A stretch of 56,726 nt of DNA from Tabrizicola sp. (GCF_031377265.1 NZ_JANMET010000111.1:1-56726); one strand, 5' to 3'. Shown: positions 29,943 to 39,075, numbered from the stretch's first letter. Made by a program: numbers and translations. The notes: generated from the letters alone by a model not told the origin.

Positions 29943-29968
29943 TGGGGCGGGCTGGTAGCGTTGGGGCA

Positions 29969-31342
29969 ATGAAGCAGATCAGAGGGTCCGGAATGTTGTT
30001 TCGAAAAGCCGTCAAGCGGGTGCAACCGCTGGTGTGTATGGTTGAGGCGGTGGCCGTGGTAGTGGTCCTGGCGTTGGTGGCACTGGTGTCGCCTGCACAG
30101 GCAACGCCCTTGGACGCGGCGATGGACACGGTCTTTACGGTGCGCAGCGCCGATGCCGAAGACCGATTTCTGGGGTCGGCGTTCCTGTGGGGCGAGGCGG
30201 GTGAGGTTGCCGTGACCAACGCGCATGTCGTGGGTGCAGCAGAGGACGTTCGTCTGATTGACCGGCATGGCAACGAAACGACAGCGCTGGTTATCGCGCG
30301 TGATCCGGTGCGCGATGTGGCGGTGATTTCGGTCACGCCGGGGCGGCGGGGGCTGGTGATCGCCGATACCGTACCGGGGCTGGGGGCCGAGGTGTTCGCG
30401 CTTGGGGCGCCGCTGGGGGTCGAGTTCACGTTGACCGAAGGCCGGATTTCGGCGGCGGACCGGCAAGTGGAAATCGCAGTGCCGATGTTGATGCTGCAGC
30501 ATGATGCAGCGGTCAATCCGGGGTCGTCGGGCGGGCCGCTGGTGGACGCCGTGGGGCGGCTGGTTGGCATGAACAGCCAGATCGCCGACGGTAGCCGGAT
30601 GTTCGTGGGCATCGCTTACGCGATTCCTGCCGCTGATCTGTCGCGCATCGTGGCGGGGCTGATCGACGAGACCCTGGCACCGTTTCCGTCGTTGGGCATG
30701 ATGGCGCGCCCGGTGGACCGGCAGGTGGCTGGTGCGCTGGCAGTTACGCCCGCAGGGCTGTTGATCGACGGGGTCGAGGCCGGTGGTCTGGCAGAAATGT
30801 CGGGTCTGATGGCGGGGGATATCATTCTGGCGGTTGATGGGGTGGCACTGAAGCAGGCTGGTGATTTCGCCTTTGGCATCGAGGCCGCGGTGGCGAATGG
30901 CCAGGCGGCGGTGGCAATCTTACGCGGCAAGGATGCGATGGTTGTCATGCTGGCGTTTGGTGCAGGCGAGGCGGGTGAAGCCTTTGGCATCGGCATCAAG
31001 ACCCGGCAGATTGCGGGCGGCAACCCGGAACAAGTGACAAGCTATCGTCTTTCGGCGCTGGGCCTGATGCTGGGTGAGGGCGGGCTGGTCGAGGATGTGA
31101 CCGACAATTCCCCAGCCCTGTTTGCCGGGATCGCCAAGGGCGACCGGATCATCGCTGTGAACGGCGAGAAAGTGGATCTTGGCGCCCTGAGCGCGCTGGA
31201 GGTGACGGCAGCGGTGTTGATGCTGGTGACGGCTCCGGGCGGCGAGACACGGCATATCTACCTTGATCCCTGGGGTGCGACCGAGGGAGTGCGCCCGGTG
31301 GGCGGTGCAAATGTGCTTGACCCGGACGTGGTGGTGTTCTGA
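29969..31342 (+). CDS. exported HtrA/DegP-like serine protease (S1C) with two PDZ-like domains
   Basis: Catalytic triad contexts VTNAHVV, RDVAVI and NPGSSGGPLVD. Two PDZ-like segments are present (LLIDGVEAGGLAEMSGLMAGDIILAVDG; LVEDVTDNSPALFAGIAKGDRIIAVNG). The signal/TM reads VVVLALVALVSPAQA|TP. The start is 29969 or 29993. Confidence 0.85.
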   Translation: MKQIRGSGMLFRKAVKRVQPLVCMVEAVAVVVVLALVALVSPAQATPLDAAMDTVFTVRSADAEDRFLGSAFLWGEAGEVAVTNAHVVGAAEDVRLIDRHGNETTALVIARDPVRDVAVISVTPGRRGLVIADTVPGLGAEVFALGAPLGVEFTLTEGRISAADRQVEIAVPMLMLQHDAAVNPGSSGGPLVDAVGRLVGMNSQIADGSRMFVGIAYAIPAADLSRIVAGLIDETLAPFPSLGMMARPVDRQVAGALAVTPAGLLIDGVEAGGLAEMSGLMAGDIILAVDGVALKQAGDFAFGIEAAVANGQAAVAILRGKDAMVVMLAFGAGEAGEAFGIGIKTRQIAGGNPEQVTSYRLSALGLMLGEGGLVEDVTDNSPALFAGIAKGDRIIAVNGEKVDLGALSALEVTAAVLMLVTAPGGETRHIYLDPWGATEGVRPVGGANVLDPDVVVF

Positions 31343-31360
31343 AACAGGACAGAGCATAGG

Positions 31361-32065
31361 GTGGGTGCCATGATTGAGCGCATTCTGATCGTGGAAGACG
31401 ATGCCGAGACCGCTGCCGCAGTGCGCGCAGTGGTGGAGGGGCTGGGCTGCGCCGCAGATCACTGCGACACGCTGGACGCCGGGATCGCGGCGGCGCATTC
31501 GGGCGATTACCGGGTGATCGTGCTGGACCGGATGCTGCCGGGCGGTGACGGGGTTGAGGCGATGGCGCGCATCCGGGCCGGCGGGTCGCGGGCGATGATC
31601 CTGATCCTGTCGGCGCTGGGACGGGCTGCAAACCGGGTCGAGGGGCTGGAGAAGGGCGCCGACGACTATCTGCCTAAGCCGTTCGAGGCGGACGAATTGC
31701 GCGCGCGGATACGGGCGCTGCTGCGACGTGGCACGATGCAGGTGCTGGACAACGATTTGATGGCCTTTGGTGATCTGGAAATCCGGCTGAAGGCGCGGAC
31801 GGTGCATGTCAAGCGCGCGCATGTGGCGGTCAGCCCCAAGGAGTTTGAGCTGATCACCTATTTCGCCAGCAATGCCGGGCAGTTGGTCACGCGGATGCAG
31901 CTGTTGGAAAACGTCTGGAACCTGCATTTCGACCCCGGCACCAACGTGGTTGACGTGCATGTCGGGCGGCTGCGGCGTAAGCTGGAGGAAGCCGGATCGC
32001 AGGCTATCCAGACCGCGCGGGGCGAGGGTTACATCTTTGCGCCGCCCACCGGGGCTGCCGGGTGA
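31361..32065 (+). CDS. OmpR/PhoB-family response regulator
   Basis: Receiver motifs are ILIVEDD, VLDRMLPGGDG, LSALG and KPF. The winged-helix output domain includes LSPKEFELITYF...VWNLHFDPGTNVVDVHVGRLRRKL. The start is GTG 31361 or ATG 31370. Confidence 0.9.
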   Translation: MGAMIERILIVEDDAETAAAVRAVVEGLGCAADHCDTLDAGIAAAHSGDYRVIVLDRMLPGGDGVEAMARIRAGGSRAMILILSALGRAANRVEGLEKGADDYLPKPFEADELRARIRALLRRGTMQVLDNDLMAFGDLEIRLKARTVHVKRAHVAVSPKEFELITYFASNAGQLVTRMQLLENVWNLHFDPGTNVVDVHVGRLRRKLEEAGSQAIQTARGEGYIFAPPTGAAG

Positions 32066-33444
32066 CGGCGGCCAAGGGGCCGGCTGCCAAGCCTCTGGCC
32101 GCACGAGCTACTTTGCGTCTGGCGGCACTGATGGCGCTGGCGGTCACAGTCTTGTCGATGGTCGGAATGGGGCTGCAATACCGTCTGGTCGAAGGCCGGA
32201 TGATGGCGGCGCAGCGGGCGCTGCTGACCGCCGATCTGGATGGGTTCGCGGCGCTTTACGACCAGCGCCGGATCATCGCGCTGCGTCAGGCCATCGAGTA
32301 CCGGGGGGCGGCGGCCACCGGTGAAGAAATGCTGTTGCTGATGGACCGCAACGGCAAGGTTCTGGCCGGCACGCGGGAAGGCTGGCCAAAGCAGCTGGAG
32401 CCGGAAGGAGCGGATTTCGAGATTGAACCGGCGCAGGTGTTTTCCGAGGCGGGTGTGCGCTGGCTGGCCGTCGCGCGGGATTTGCCGGGGGGGTTTCCGC
32501 TGCTGGTGGCGCGCAGCCTGAAGCCGGTGGATGACACGCTGGCGGCAATGCGGCGCGGGATGCTGGGCTTGCTGGCAGCAATTCTGGTGGCGGGGGCCGG
32601 GGTGGGTTGGATGGCGGCGCGGTCCGTGATGGCGCGGATCGGGCGGGTCAATGCCCTTGCCGACCGAGTGGCGGAAGGCGAGTTGGACGCGCGTCTGTCA
32701 GGCGCGCGGTCCGACGACGAGTTTGGCATGCTGGAGACCCACGTCCACGCGATGCTGGACCGTATCCAAAACCTCAACCGCGCGACGCACCGCCTTTCAG
32801 ATACCATCGCGCACGAACTGCGCACACCGCTGAACCGTATGCTGCAGAAACTGGCGAAGATCGATGGGCAAGAGGAGGTGACCGCCGATCTGCGGGCCGA
32901 GATGCGGCAGGCGATCAAAGTGTTCGATTCGCTGCTGGATATCAGCCGGGCCGAGGCCGATCAGGGCAGTGGCGGGGGGCTTCAGCCAGTGGATCTGTCA
33001 GCCGTGGCGCGGGAAGTGTGGGAGCTTTACGAGCCGTTGGCCGAGGACAAGGGGATGGTTGCAGATGCGTCGATCCTGCCGGGGTCCATGGTGTTGGGCG
33101 ATCGGAACCTTATTGCGCAGATGCTGTCGAACCTGATCGAGAATGCGATCAAGTATTGCGCGGCAGGTGACCGGGTGACGTTGTCGCTGGCCGATGCCGG
33201 GGATCGGTATCTGATGCGGGTTGCAGATACCGGGCCGGGTCTGCCCGAAGACATCAAGGGCGAAGCGTTCGAGCGGTTTGTGCGCGCCGAGCGTGACCGG
33301 GGCATCAAGGGGCACGGGCTTGGGCTGGCGCTGGTGCGGGCAATTGCGGCGCGGCATGGGGCGCGGCTGGAGCTGCCGCCCAGCGACACGGGTTTCGTGC
33401 TTGAAATCACCTGGCCAAAGATACAGTCATCGCGGGCCCCTTAG
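32062..33444 (+). CDS. sensor histidine kinase (2 TM, periplasmic sensor, HAMP, HisKA, HATPase_c)
   Basis: H-box HELRTPLN, N-box LSNLIENAIKY, G1 DTGPGL and G2 GHGLGLALV. Its GTGA start overlaps the response regulator stop. Confidence 0.9.
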   Translation: MTAAKGPAAKPLAARATLRLAALMALAVTVLSMVGMGLQYRLVEGRMMAAQRALLTADLDGFAALYDQRRIIALRQAIEYRGAAATGEEMLLLMDRNGKVLAGTREGWPKQLEPEGADFEIEPAQVFSEAGVRWLAVARDLPGGFPLLVARSLKPVDDTLAAMRRGMLGLLAAILVAGAGVGWMAARSVMARIGRVNALADRVAEGELDARLSGARSDDEFGMLETHVHAMLDRIQNLNRATHRLSDTIAHELRTPLNRMLQKLAKIDGQEEVTADLRAEMRQAIKVFDSLLDISRAEADQGSGGGLQPVDLSAVAREVWELYEPLAEDKGMVADASILPGSMVLGDRNLIAQMLSNLIENAIKYCAAGDRVTLSLADAGDRYLMRVADTGPGLPEDIKGEAFERFVRAERDRGIKGHGLGLALVRAIAARHGARLELPPSDTGFVLEITWPKIQSSRAP

Positions 33445-33459
33445 CATCTACAGGTTTGC

Positions 33460-34890
33460 ATGCGCATCGCCATCATCCTGCTTTTGATCCTTGCCGGTTG
33501 TGCACCGTGGAACTGGCCGCAGAACCTGCCCCTGAATGGCGAGAACGCGGCACTGGTTGAACCGCTGGTAGTGGGGGATGGCGAGCTGTACATCGGCCTC
33601 GCATTTTCCGGAGGCGGCATGCGGGCCACGGCGTTTGCCTACGGAATGCTGAAGGAATTGCGCGCCGCGGGCATGGTGACCGGCACCCCGAATGGCCTGT
33701 TGGATCACGTCAGGCTGGTTTCCGGCGTTTCGGGTGGGTCGGTGATGGCGGCGCAGTTCGGGTTGAACGGCCCGCAGGGTCTGGACGGATTCCGCGAGAC
33801 TTACCTGATCACCAATGCCGAGAAGTACATGGCGACATCTGCCCTGAACCCGTTGACCATCGCCAAAGGCGTGGCGGGAGGGGTGAATAGCCGCGAAACT
33901 TTCGGGCGCTATCTGGACGAGGTGCTGTTCAAGGGCGCCACCTTTGGCGACCTGCGCAAACGATCAGGGGTCAAGACCTGGATCAACGCGACCGACGTTG
34001 CCAACAACACGCCCTTCCTTTTCAGCCCGGAAACGTTTGACGCGTTGTGTTCTGATCTTTCGAAGGTGCTGCTTTCGGAAGCGGTTGCTGCTTCTGCCGC
34101 CTATCCGCTGGTGTTCACCCCGATCGTGCTGACCGCGCATCATGGCAAATGCGACTACCGTGAGCCGGACTGGCTGACCGCCGCGCGCTATAACCCCGAG
34201 GCGACGGCTGCGATGCGGGCACATGCGCGGGCGCTGGAAAGCTATGGCAACCCCGACGAGGTGAAATTCGTCAAACTGCTGGATGGCGGCATCACCGACA
34301 ACTTCGGCACGACGGGTCTGGCAGTGGAACGTGCCCGCGCGCAGGCGCCATTTGCACCGATGACGCCAGAGGAGGCGGTGAAACTGAAGCGGATGCTGTT
34401 TCTGGTGGCCAACGCGGGGGTGGAAAAGGATTACGATTGGACGCGGCGGGTGGCAGGCCCCGGTGGTGTCGGGATGGCGATGTCGATTGCGACCAGTGCG
34501 ATGGCCGCCGCATCGCGGTCGGGGTACGATTCGATGCGAGGTGAACTGCGGTTCTGGGAGACGGAACTGATCGAATGGCGCTGTGCGCTGCCTCTGTCAG
34601 AAGTGCGTCGGTTGCGCGGCTCGACCGATGGCTGGGATTGCAGGGACGTGAAGCTGTTCGTCGGTGAGGTAAGCTTTGCCAGCCTGCCTGACGCCACGCG
34701 CGACAAGCTGGACGAAGTGCCGACGCGGTTGAAGCTGGCAGCAGCGCAGGTTGACATGGTGATCGAGGCTGGGCGTCTGGCCACGCGGGCGGCACCGGAG
34801 TTCAACGGCTTTCTGGCGTCGTTGGCCGGAAATGGCGTGGAAGGCCGGATTGCGGCGGGCGGGCGGCGTGTCGTGCCCTTGGGAAACTGA
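33460..34890 (+). CDS. patatin-like phospholipase, predicted lipoprotein
   Basis: Lipobox MRIAIILLLILAGC, oxyanion loop GLAFSGGGMRATAF, nucleophile elbow GVSGGS and catalytic Asp motif LLDGGITDNFG. Confidence 0.85.
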   Translation: MRIAIILLLILAGCAPWNWPQNLPLNGENAALVEPLVVGDGELYIGLAFSGGGMRATAFAYGMLKELRAAGMVTGTPNGLLDHVRLVSGVSGGSVMAAQFGLNGPQGLDGFRETYLITNAEKYMATSALNPLTIAKGVAGGVNSRETFGRYLDEVLFKGATFGDLRKRSGVKTWINATDVANNTPFLFSPETFDALCSDLSKVLLSEAVAASAAYPLVFTPIVLTAHHGKCDYREPDWLTAARYNPEATAAMRAHARALESYGNPDEVKFVKLLDGGITDNFGTTGLAVERARAQAPFAPMTPEEAVKLKRMLFLVANAGVEKDYDWTRRVAGPGGVGMAMSIATSAMAAASRSGYDSMRGELRFWETELIEWRCALPLSEVRRLRGSTDGWDCRDVKLFVGEVSFASLPDATRDKLDEVPTRLKLAAAQVDMVIEAGRLATRAAPEFNGFLASLAGNGVEGRIAAGGRRVVPLGN

Positions 34891-34965
34891 CATGGCAATG
34901 ACAAATGCGGTCATGGTCCGCGAGACACTTGTTCTGTGACCCGGGCCGGGTATCTTTGCGCCATC

Positions 34966-36924
34966 ATGCCGTACAGATTTCCATATGTTCTTTCTTTTGC
35001 TGCAGCCTTTGCGGCCTGTCCCGTTCAGGCCGAAGTGCGCGCCGTACTGATCGGCGTCAGCGATTATCTGGTGCTGGACGCCGATCTGCAGGGTCCGTCT
35101 TATGACGTGGCGCTGATGGCCGAGACGTTGGTGGTGCGCGGCGTGGACGCGGGCAAGATGACGGTGCTGACGGCCACCCCCACCGGCCTGCCAGCGGGTG
35201 TTGTCACCGGTCAGCCCGTGCGCGCCGAGATCATTGCGGCGATGGAGGCGGCGGCTGCGGCCTCGCAGCCTGGCGATACGGTGGTGTTCTACTTTTCGGG
35301 TCACGGCTCGCAGGCCCCGGACATGAGCGGCGATGAAGGCGGCGGCTATGACGAGATCCTGCTGCCCGCCGACGCAGCCGGGTGGAAGGGCGCGATCGGC
35401 GCGGTGGAAAACGCCTTGCTGGACGATGAGCTGCAAGCCTGGGCGCAGGGCATGCTGAGCCGTGGGGTAAAGCTGGTCGGGCTGGTTGATGCCTGCCATT
35501 CGGCCACCGGCTTTCGGGCGATTGGCGGCGAAGGCGTGGCGCGGGTGCTGGACCCTGAGGCGCTAGGCATTCCGGATTACATCGCTACAGTGGCGGGCGC
35601 CGAGGCTCCGCCGCTGTCGGGCGATTTCGTGTTTCTGTATTCCTCGCAGTCCGATCAACGGTCGTTCGAATACCCGTTGGGAGATGATGGCACCTGGCAT
35701 GGCGAGTTCACCCTGCGCCTTGCCGAGGTGTTGCGTAGCGCGCCGACGGCAAGTTGGGCGCAAGTATTGGCGGCCACTACGGATGCGATGGTGCAAGGTC
35801 CCGCGCGGCAGATGCCGGAAGGCGAAGGCACCTTGCTGGACGCGCAGGTGTTTGGCGCTGGTGCGGCTGAGGCGCGCATGGTGGTCGAGGGGGACGTTCT
35901 GAAGGCGGGTCTGTTGCAGGGCCTGACCGCAGGCAGTGAGGTGGCGCTGTATGCTGGCCCTGCTGGTGGCGATGCCTTGGGAAGGATGACCATCACCGAT
36001 GTGACCGCACGCGAAGCGCGTCTGGACGGCCCGGTGCCGAAAGGTGCAGTTTGGGCCGAACTTGTCAGTCTCGCCCCGCCAGCGCCGCTTACGCTGGCCG
36101 AACCGGTGCGCGCGGATGCGGCGGACGGATTGGATTATGCCGAATGGCTGGCGGCATTGCCTTCGGGCGAAGGGCCAGCTGACCTTGTGCCGATCCTGAC
36201 GGAAGGCAGCGTGGCGTTGGCCAATGCAGATGGCGTGCTTGACCCCGAAGGGCCGGGTTCCAGCCCCCGAATCATGCTTGAGGCCGGTGAGACCGCTGCC
36301 ATGGCCGTGGACCGGATGCTGGCGCAAGCCGAGCACGGCCTGCGTCTGCGCGAGGTGCTGGCTGGGGCGGCCGGGCGCAGTTTGACCGGCAAGGCGGCAG
36401 TGTCGATGCAGATCGAACGCCGAGTTGCGGCGGCGGCCGATGGGGCCTGCGCCGCGCCCGAGGCGGCGGTGGCCTATGATCCGGCGGACGGGGTTTCCGC
36501 CTGTGACCAGATCTGGCTGACGTTGACCAACACCGGTGGCAAGGCGCAGGATGTCTCGGTGCTGTACTTTGCCGCCAATTTCGAGGTGACCCCGATCTGG
36601 CCTGCGCAGAACCTTGCGAACCGGCTGGCACCGGGCGAAAGCGTCCGAGTGGGAATGCAGATCGAGCCGGGGCAGACGGCGGGGCTTGAGGAGATCTGGG
36701 TTCTGGCGGTGCCCGTAGATCCCGATGCCCCGCGCGTCGACCTGACACGCCTTGCAACGCCGCAGATGACGCGCGCCTTTGCAGGTGCCTCCGATGAGGT
36801 GACGATCTGGCTGGAAGGGCGGATGATCCCGCCAGACGAGGCCAGGACGCGCGGCTTCACGATTAAACCTGCCCCCCTGACGATGATCCGTCAGGTGGTG
36901 CGACTGAACCCCGGGACGGTGTGA
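34966..36924 (+). CDS. exported caspase-family (peptidase C14) protein, paralog 2, with a C-terminal extension
   Basis: Signal/lipobox-like MPYRFPYVLSFAAAFAACPVQA|EV. The dyad sits in VFYFSGHGSQ (His113, CAC at 35302..35304) and LVDACHSAT (Cys177, TGC at 35494..35496). It shares DE(I/L)(F/L)LP.D and VENAL.DDE blocks with 27134..29206. Confidence 0.85.
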   Translation: MPYRFPYVLSFAAAFAACPVQAEVRAVLIGVSDYLVLDADLQGPSYDVALMAETLVVRGVDAGKMTVLTATPTGLPAGVVTGQPVRAEIIAAMEAAAAASQPGDTVVFYFSGHGSQAPDMSGDEGGGYDEILLPADAAGWKGAIGAVENALLDDELQAWAQGMLSRGVKLVGLVDACHSATGFRAIGGEGVARVLDPEALGIPDYIATVAGAEAPPLSGDFVFLYSSQSDQRSFEYPLGDDGTWHGEFTLRLAEVLRSAPTASWAQVLAATTDAMVQGPARQMPEGEGTLLDAQVFGAGAAEARMVVEGDVLKAGLLQGLTAGSEVALYAGPAGGDALGRMTITDVTAREARLDGPVPKGAVWAELVSLAPPAPLTLAEPVRADAADGLDYAEWLAALPSGEGPADLVPILTEGSVALANADGVLDPEGPGSSPRIMLEAGETAAMAVDRMLAQAEHGLRLREVLAGAAGRSLTGKAAVSMQIERRVAAAADGACAAPEAAVAYDPADGVSACDQIWLTLTNTGGKAQDVSVLYFAANFEVTPIWPAQNLANRLAPGESVRVGMQIEPGQTAGLEEIWVLAVPVDPDAPRVDLTRLATPQMTRAFAGASDEVTIWLEGRMIPPDEARTRGFTIKPAPLTMIRQVVRLNPGTV

Positions 36925-36957
36925 TCCCATGTCGAGTGATGGAAGGACGGATGCAAA

Positions 36958-38019
36958 ATGAGACTGCGTTTTGGACTGGCACTCCTCCCGCTGGTGCTTG
37001 CGACCGGGCTGGGTGCGGAAACAGCGGCCACCGAACTGGCCCCGGCTTTTGCGGCAGAGGAGGGGAACAGTTCGCCCTTTGCCTTTGCCAAAAGCGGCGC
37101 CAAGGCGGCGCGCGCGGCAGTGGCGGACACCGCGGGTGCCAAGGTCATCGGTGGCGAAATTGCAGCGGAAGGAGCGTGGCCATGGCAGGTTGCACTGCTG
37201 GTGGGTGGCACGCCAGTGGGCACCGACACGCAGTTCTGCGGCGGGTCGCTGGTAATGGATGAATGGGTGCTGACGGCGGCACATTGCGTCCATTGGAAGG
37301 GCGATGACGGAACCTTTGCCGATCTTCTGCCGCAGGATATCGAGGTGCTGGTGGGCACCAACGAGTTGAGCCCCGGAAGAGGCGACTTGATCGAAGTGGA
37401 GGCCGTGTTCAAGCACCCGTCCTATGTGGGAACGCAGTTCGATTTCGACATAGCGCTGGTGAAGCTGGCCCGCGCGCCGATGGTGCCGTACCAAACCATC
37501 GAAGTGCCGGATGGAGAATTTGGCGACATCCTGAACAAGCAGGGCGTGACGACTGTGGTCACCGGCTGGGGTTTGCAGGAAGGGGCGATGCCGTCGCCCG
37601 AATTGCGTCAGGCGCAGATCCAGATCCTCGACCGCGACCTGTGTAACAACGCGATGATGGAAGCGCGGGCCGAGGATGCGGCGGGCGGCTTTACCTATGC
37701 CGCGCAGACGCTTGGTGTGGCAGAGCAGGACGCCTATGCAATCTGGGATGAACTGGTTGCCCGCGCGCCATTGCCGGTCAGCGAGAACATGATCTGTTCA
37801 GGCACCTTCGAGGGCGGCAAGACCAGTTGCAACGGTGACAGTGGCGGACCTTTGGTCGTGCCGCTGGACGATGGCAGCTATATTCAGGCCGGGATCGTAA
37901 GCTGGGGTCTGACGGCCACAACCGGCAAGGGCTGCGAAGAGACGGCGTTGTTTTCGGCCTACACCAACATCTCGAAGTTCGTACCCTGGCTTAATCAGGT
38001 GATCGCGGCCAACCCCTGA
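36958..38019 (+). CDS. secreted trypsin-like serine protease (S1A, chymotrypsin fold)
   Basis: Signal peptide MRLRFGLALLPLVLATGLGA, then IGGEIAAEGAWPWQVALL, FCGGSLVMDEWVLTAAHC (His), DIALVKL (Asp), CNGDSGGPLV (Ser) and GIVSWG. Confidence 0.9.
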   Translation: MRLRFGLALLPLVLATGLGAETAATELAPAFAAEEGNSSPFAFAKSGAKAARAAVADTAGAKVIGGEIAAEGAWPWQVALLVGGTPVGTDTQFCGGSLVMDEWVLTAAHCVHWKGDDGTFADLLPQDIEVLVGTNELSPGRGDLIEVEAVFKHPSYVGTQFDFDIALVKLARAPMVPYQTIEVPDGEFGDILNKQGVTTVVTGWGLQEGAMPSPELRQAQIQILDRDLCNNAMMEARAEDAAGGFTYAAQTLGVAEQDAYAIWDELVARAPLPVSENMICSGTFEGGKTSCNGDSGGPLVVPLDDGSYIQAGIVSWGLTATTGKGCEETALFSAYTNISKFVPWLNQVIAANP

Positions 38020-38048
38020 CCCGCCCCAGTATCACAATGCGAACACAC

Positions 38049-38084
38049 GCCCCGTGCCTTGTTTTGAGGCGCGGGGCTTTTCTT
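38049..38084 (+). terminator. intrinsic terminator after the trypsin-like gene
   Basis: 10-bp stem GCCCCGTGCC / GGCGCGGGGC (one G-U pair), a 9-nt loop, followed by TTTTCTT. Confidence 0.6.
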
Positions 38085-38154
38085 GCGGTTTGACGGCCGG
38101 TGGCTGGGGGATCATGCAGCATCGGCAAATGTTGCGCTGGTGGACGGGGGCGAA

Positions 38155-38187
38155 GCCTCCGGCGGGGATATCTGCGAAGGGGAAGCC
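38155..38187. repeat. intergenic repeat element, copy C
   Basis: GCCTCCGGCGGGGATATCTGCGAAGGGGAAGCC. Its first 17 nt are identical to 43787..43803, and the remainder is similar. Confidence 0.5.
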
Positions 38188-38270
38188 ATTGGGAGAGCGC
38201 GATGCGCTGATGCGTTTGGTGACGCTGCAGGGCCACTGTTTGTGCCAGACATAGCGGCCTTCCGCCCAAG

Positions 38271-38299
38271 CAAAAGGCCCGGACAGTGCTGCCCGGGCC
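38271..38299 (-). terminator. intrinsic terminator after PPC paralog 2 (minus strand)
   Basis: On the minus strand, the hairpin GGCCCGG(G)...CCGGGCC is followed by TTTTGCTT. Confidence 0.5.
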
Positions 38300-38354
38300 G
38301 TTGGTCTTGGAAGAGTGTTGCGTGCGCAGTTACCCGCGCAAAGCTTGCCGCCGG

Positions 38355-39056
38355 TCAGTTCGTCATCAGGTAATAGCTGTTGCGCGCCCGACCCATGTTC
38401 TGCACCGTCACGTAAAAGTAGCCGTCCCAGGACGGAGTGAAGTTGCAATAGAGCGAGTCCGACCAACTGACATCGTAGCAGAACACGTTGCCGTTTTCGT
38501 CGGTGATTGCCACATCAAGGTTGGCATCGCCGTCGCCCACGACGGCAATCTCGGCATAGGAGTTGCCATAGAACGGGATCTCCCAGACATCGGTCTGGCC
38601 CGATGGCAGCCGCGACAGCCAACTCACCGCCCCACCTATCCGTCCGCGCGAGCCTTCGGCTTCGGCGTCGGCGATAAGGCCCATCAGGATTTCGTCATCC
38701 GCAGCCAGTTCCTTGGCCTTGGCCAGCATCATCATCGCGTCGACCGGGGCGTCGGCTGCACCTTCTGCATCATCGGCGGGCATGTCGCCAGTCGTGGTTT
38801 TCTTGATGTCGCCGCCTTCTTTCACTTCCACGCCCATCGCCAGCTTGGCAGCGGTCAGCACGGTCAGTGCATCGCCTGACGCCACGCCCATCGCATAAAG
38901 CTGGCTGGCAAGGCCAAGGGTTTCGGCGCCACCAGCCGGTGAAGCGGCAGCCTCGGTGTTCACGTTGGTGCCCGTCTTGTCCTGTGCCATCACAGGCAGC
39001 GCGAGACCGATCAAGGCGGTCGTCGAGAGGGCGATCGAAAGGGATTTCAGGGTCAT
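38355..39056 (-). CDS. secreted PPC-like domain protein, paralog 2
   Basis: Signal MTLKSLSIALSTTALIGLALPVMA|QD. The C-terminal half reads SYAEIAVVGDGDANLDVAITDENGNVFCYDVSWSDSLYCNFTPSWDGYFYVTVQNMGRARNSYYLMTN. Confidence 0.75.
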   Translation of the reverse strand: MTLKSLSIALSTTALIGLALPVMAQDKTGTNVNTEAAASPAGGAETLGLASQLYAMGVASGDALTVLTAAKLAMGVEVKEGGDIKKTTTGDMPADDAEGAADAPVDAMMMLAKAKELAADDEILMGLIADAEAEGSRGRIGGAVSWLSRLPSGQTDVWEIPFYGNSYAEIAVVGDGDANLDVAITDENGNVFCYDVSWSDSLYCNFTPSWDGYFYVTVQNMGRARNSYYLMTN

Positions 39057-39075
39057 GGTTTATCCTATTCGTTGG

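Noticed and set aside
30091-30105. Near-consensus -24/-12 motif TGGCACTGGTGTCGC
   Set aside because: It lies inside the signal-peptide coding region of the HtrA-like gene with no downstream gene to serve. It is probably coincidental.
29216-30502. Full 428-aa extent of the listed ORF
   Set aside because: Only the last ~212 codons (from 29851) give a signal peptide plus a domain conserved with two paralogs. The upstream part overlaps the HtrA-like gene on the opposite strand and is R/H/Q-rich.
30920-32104. 394-aa ORF on the minus strand
   Set aside because: It is antisense to the 3' end of the HtrA-like gene and the whole response regulator gene. It has no motifs and is a shadow frame.
35563-37494. 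643-aa ORF on the minus strand
   Set aside because: It is antisense to caspase-like 2 and the trypsin-like gene, both of which have clear catalytic motifs. It is an Arg/Gly/His-rich shadow ORF.
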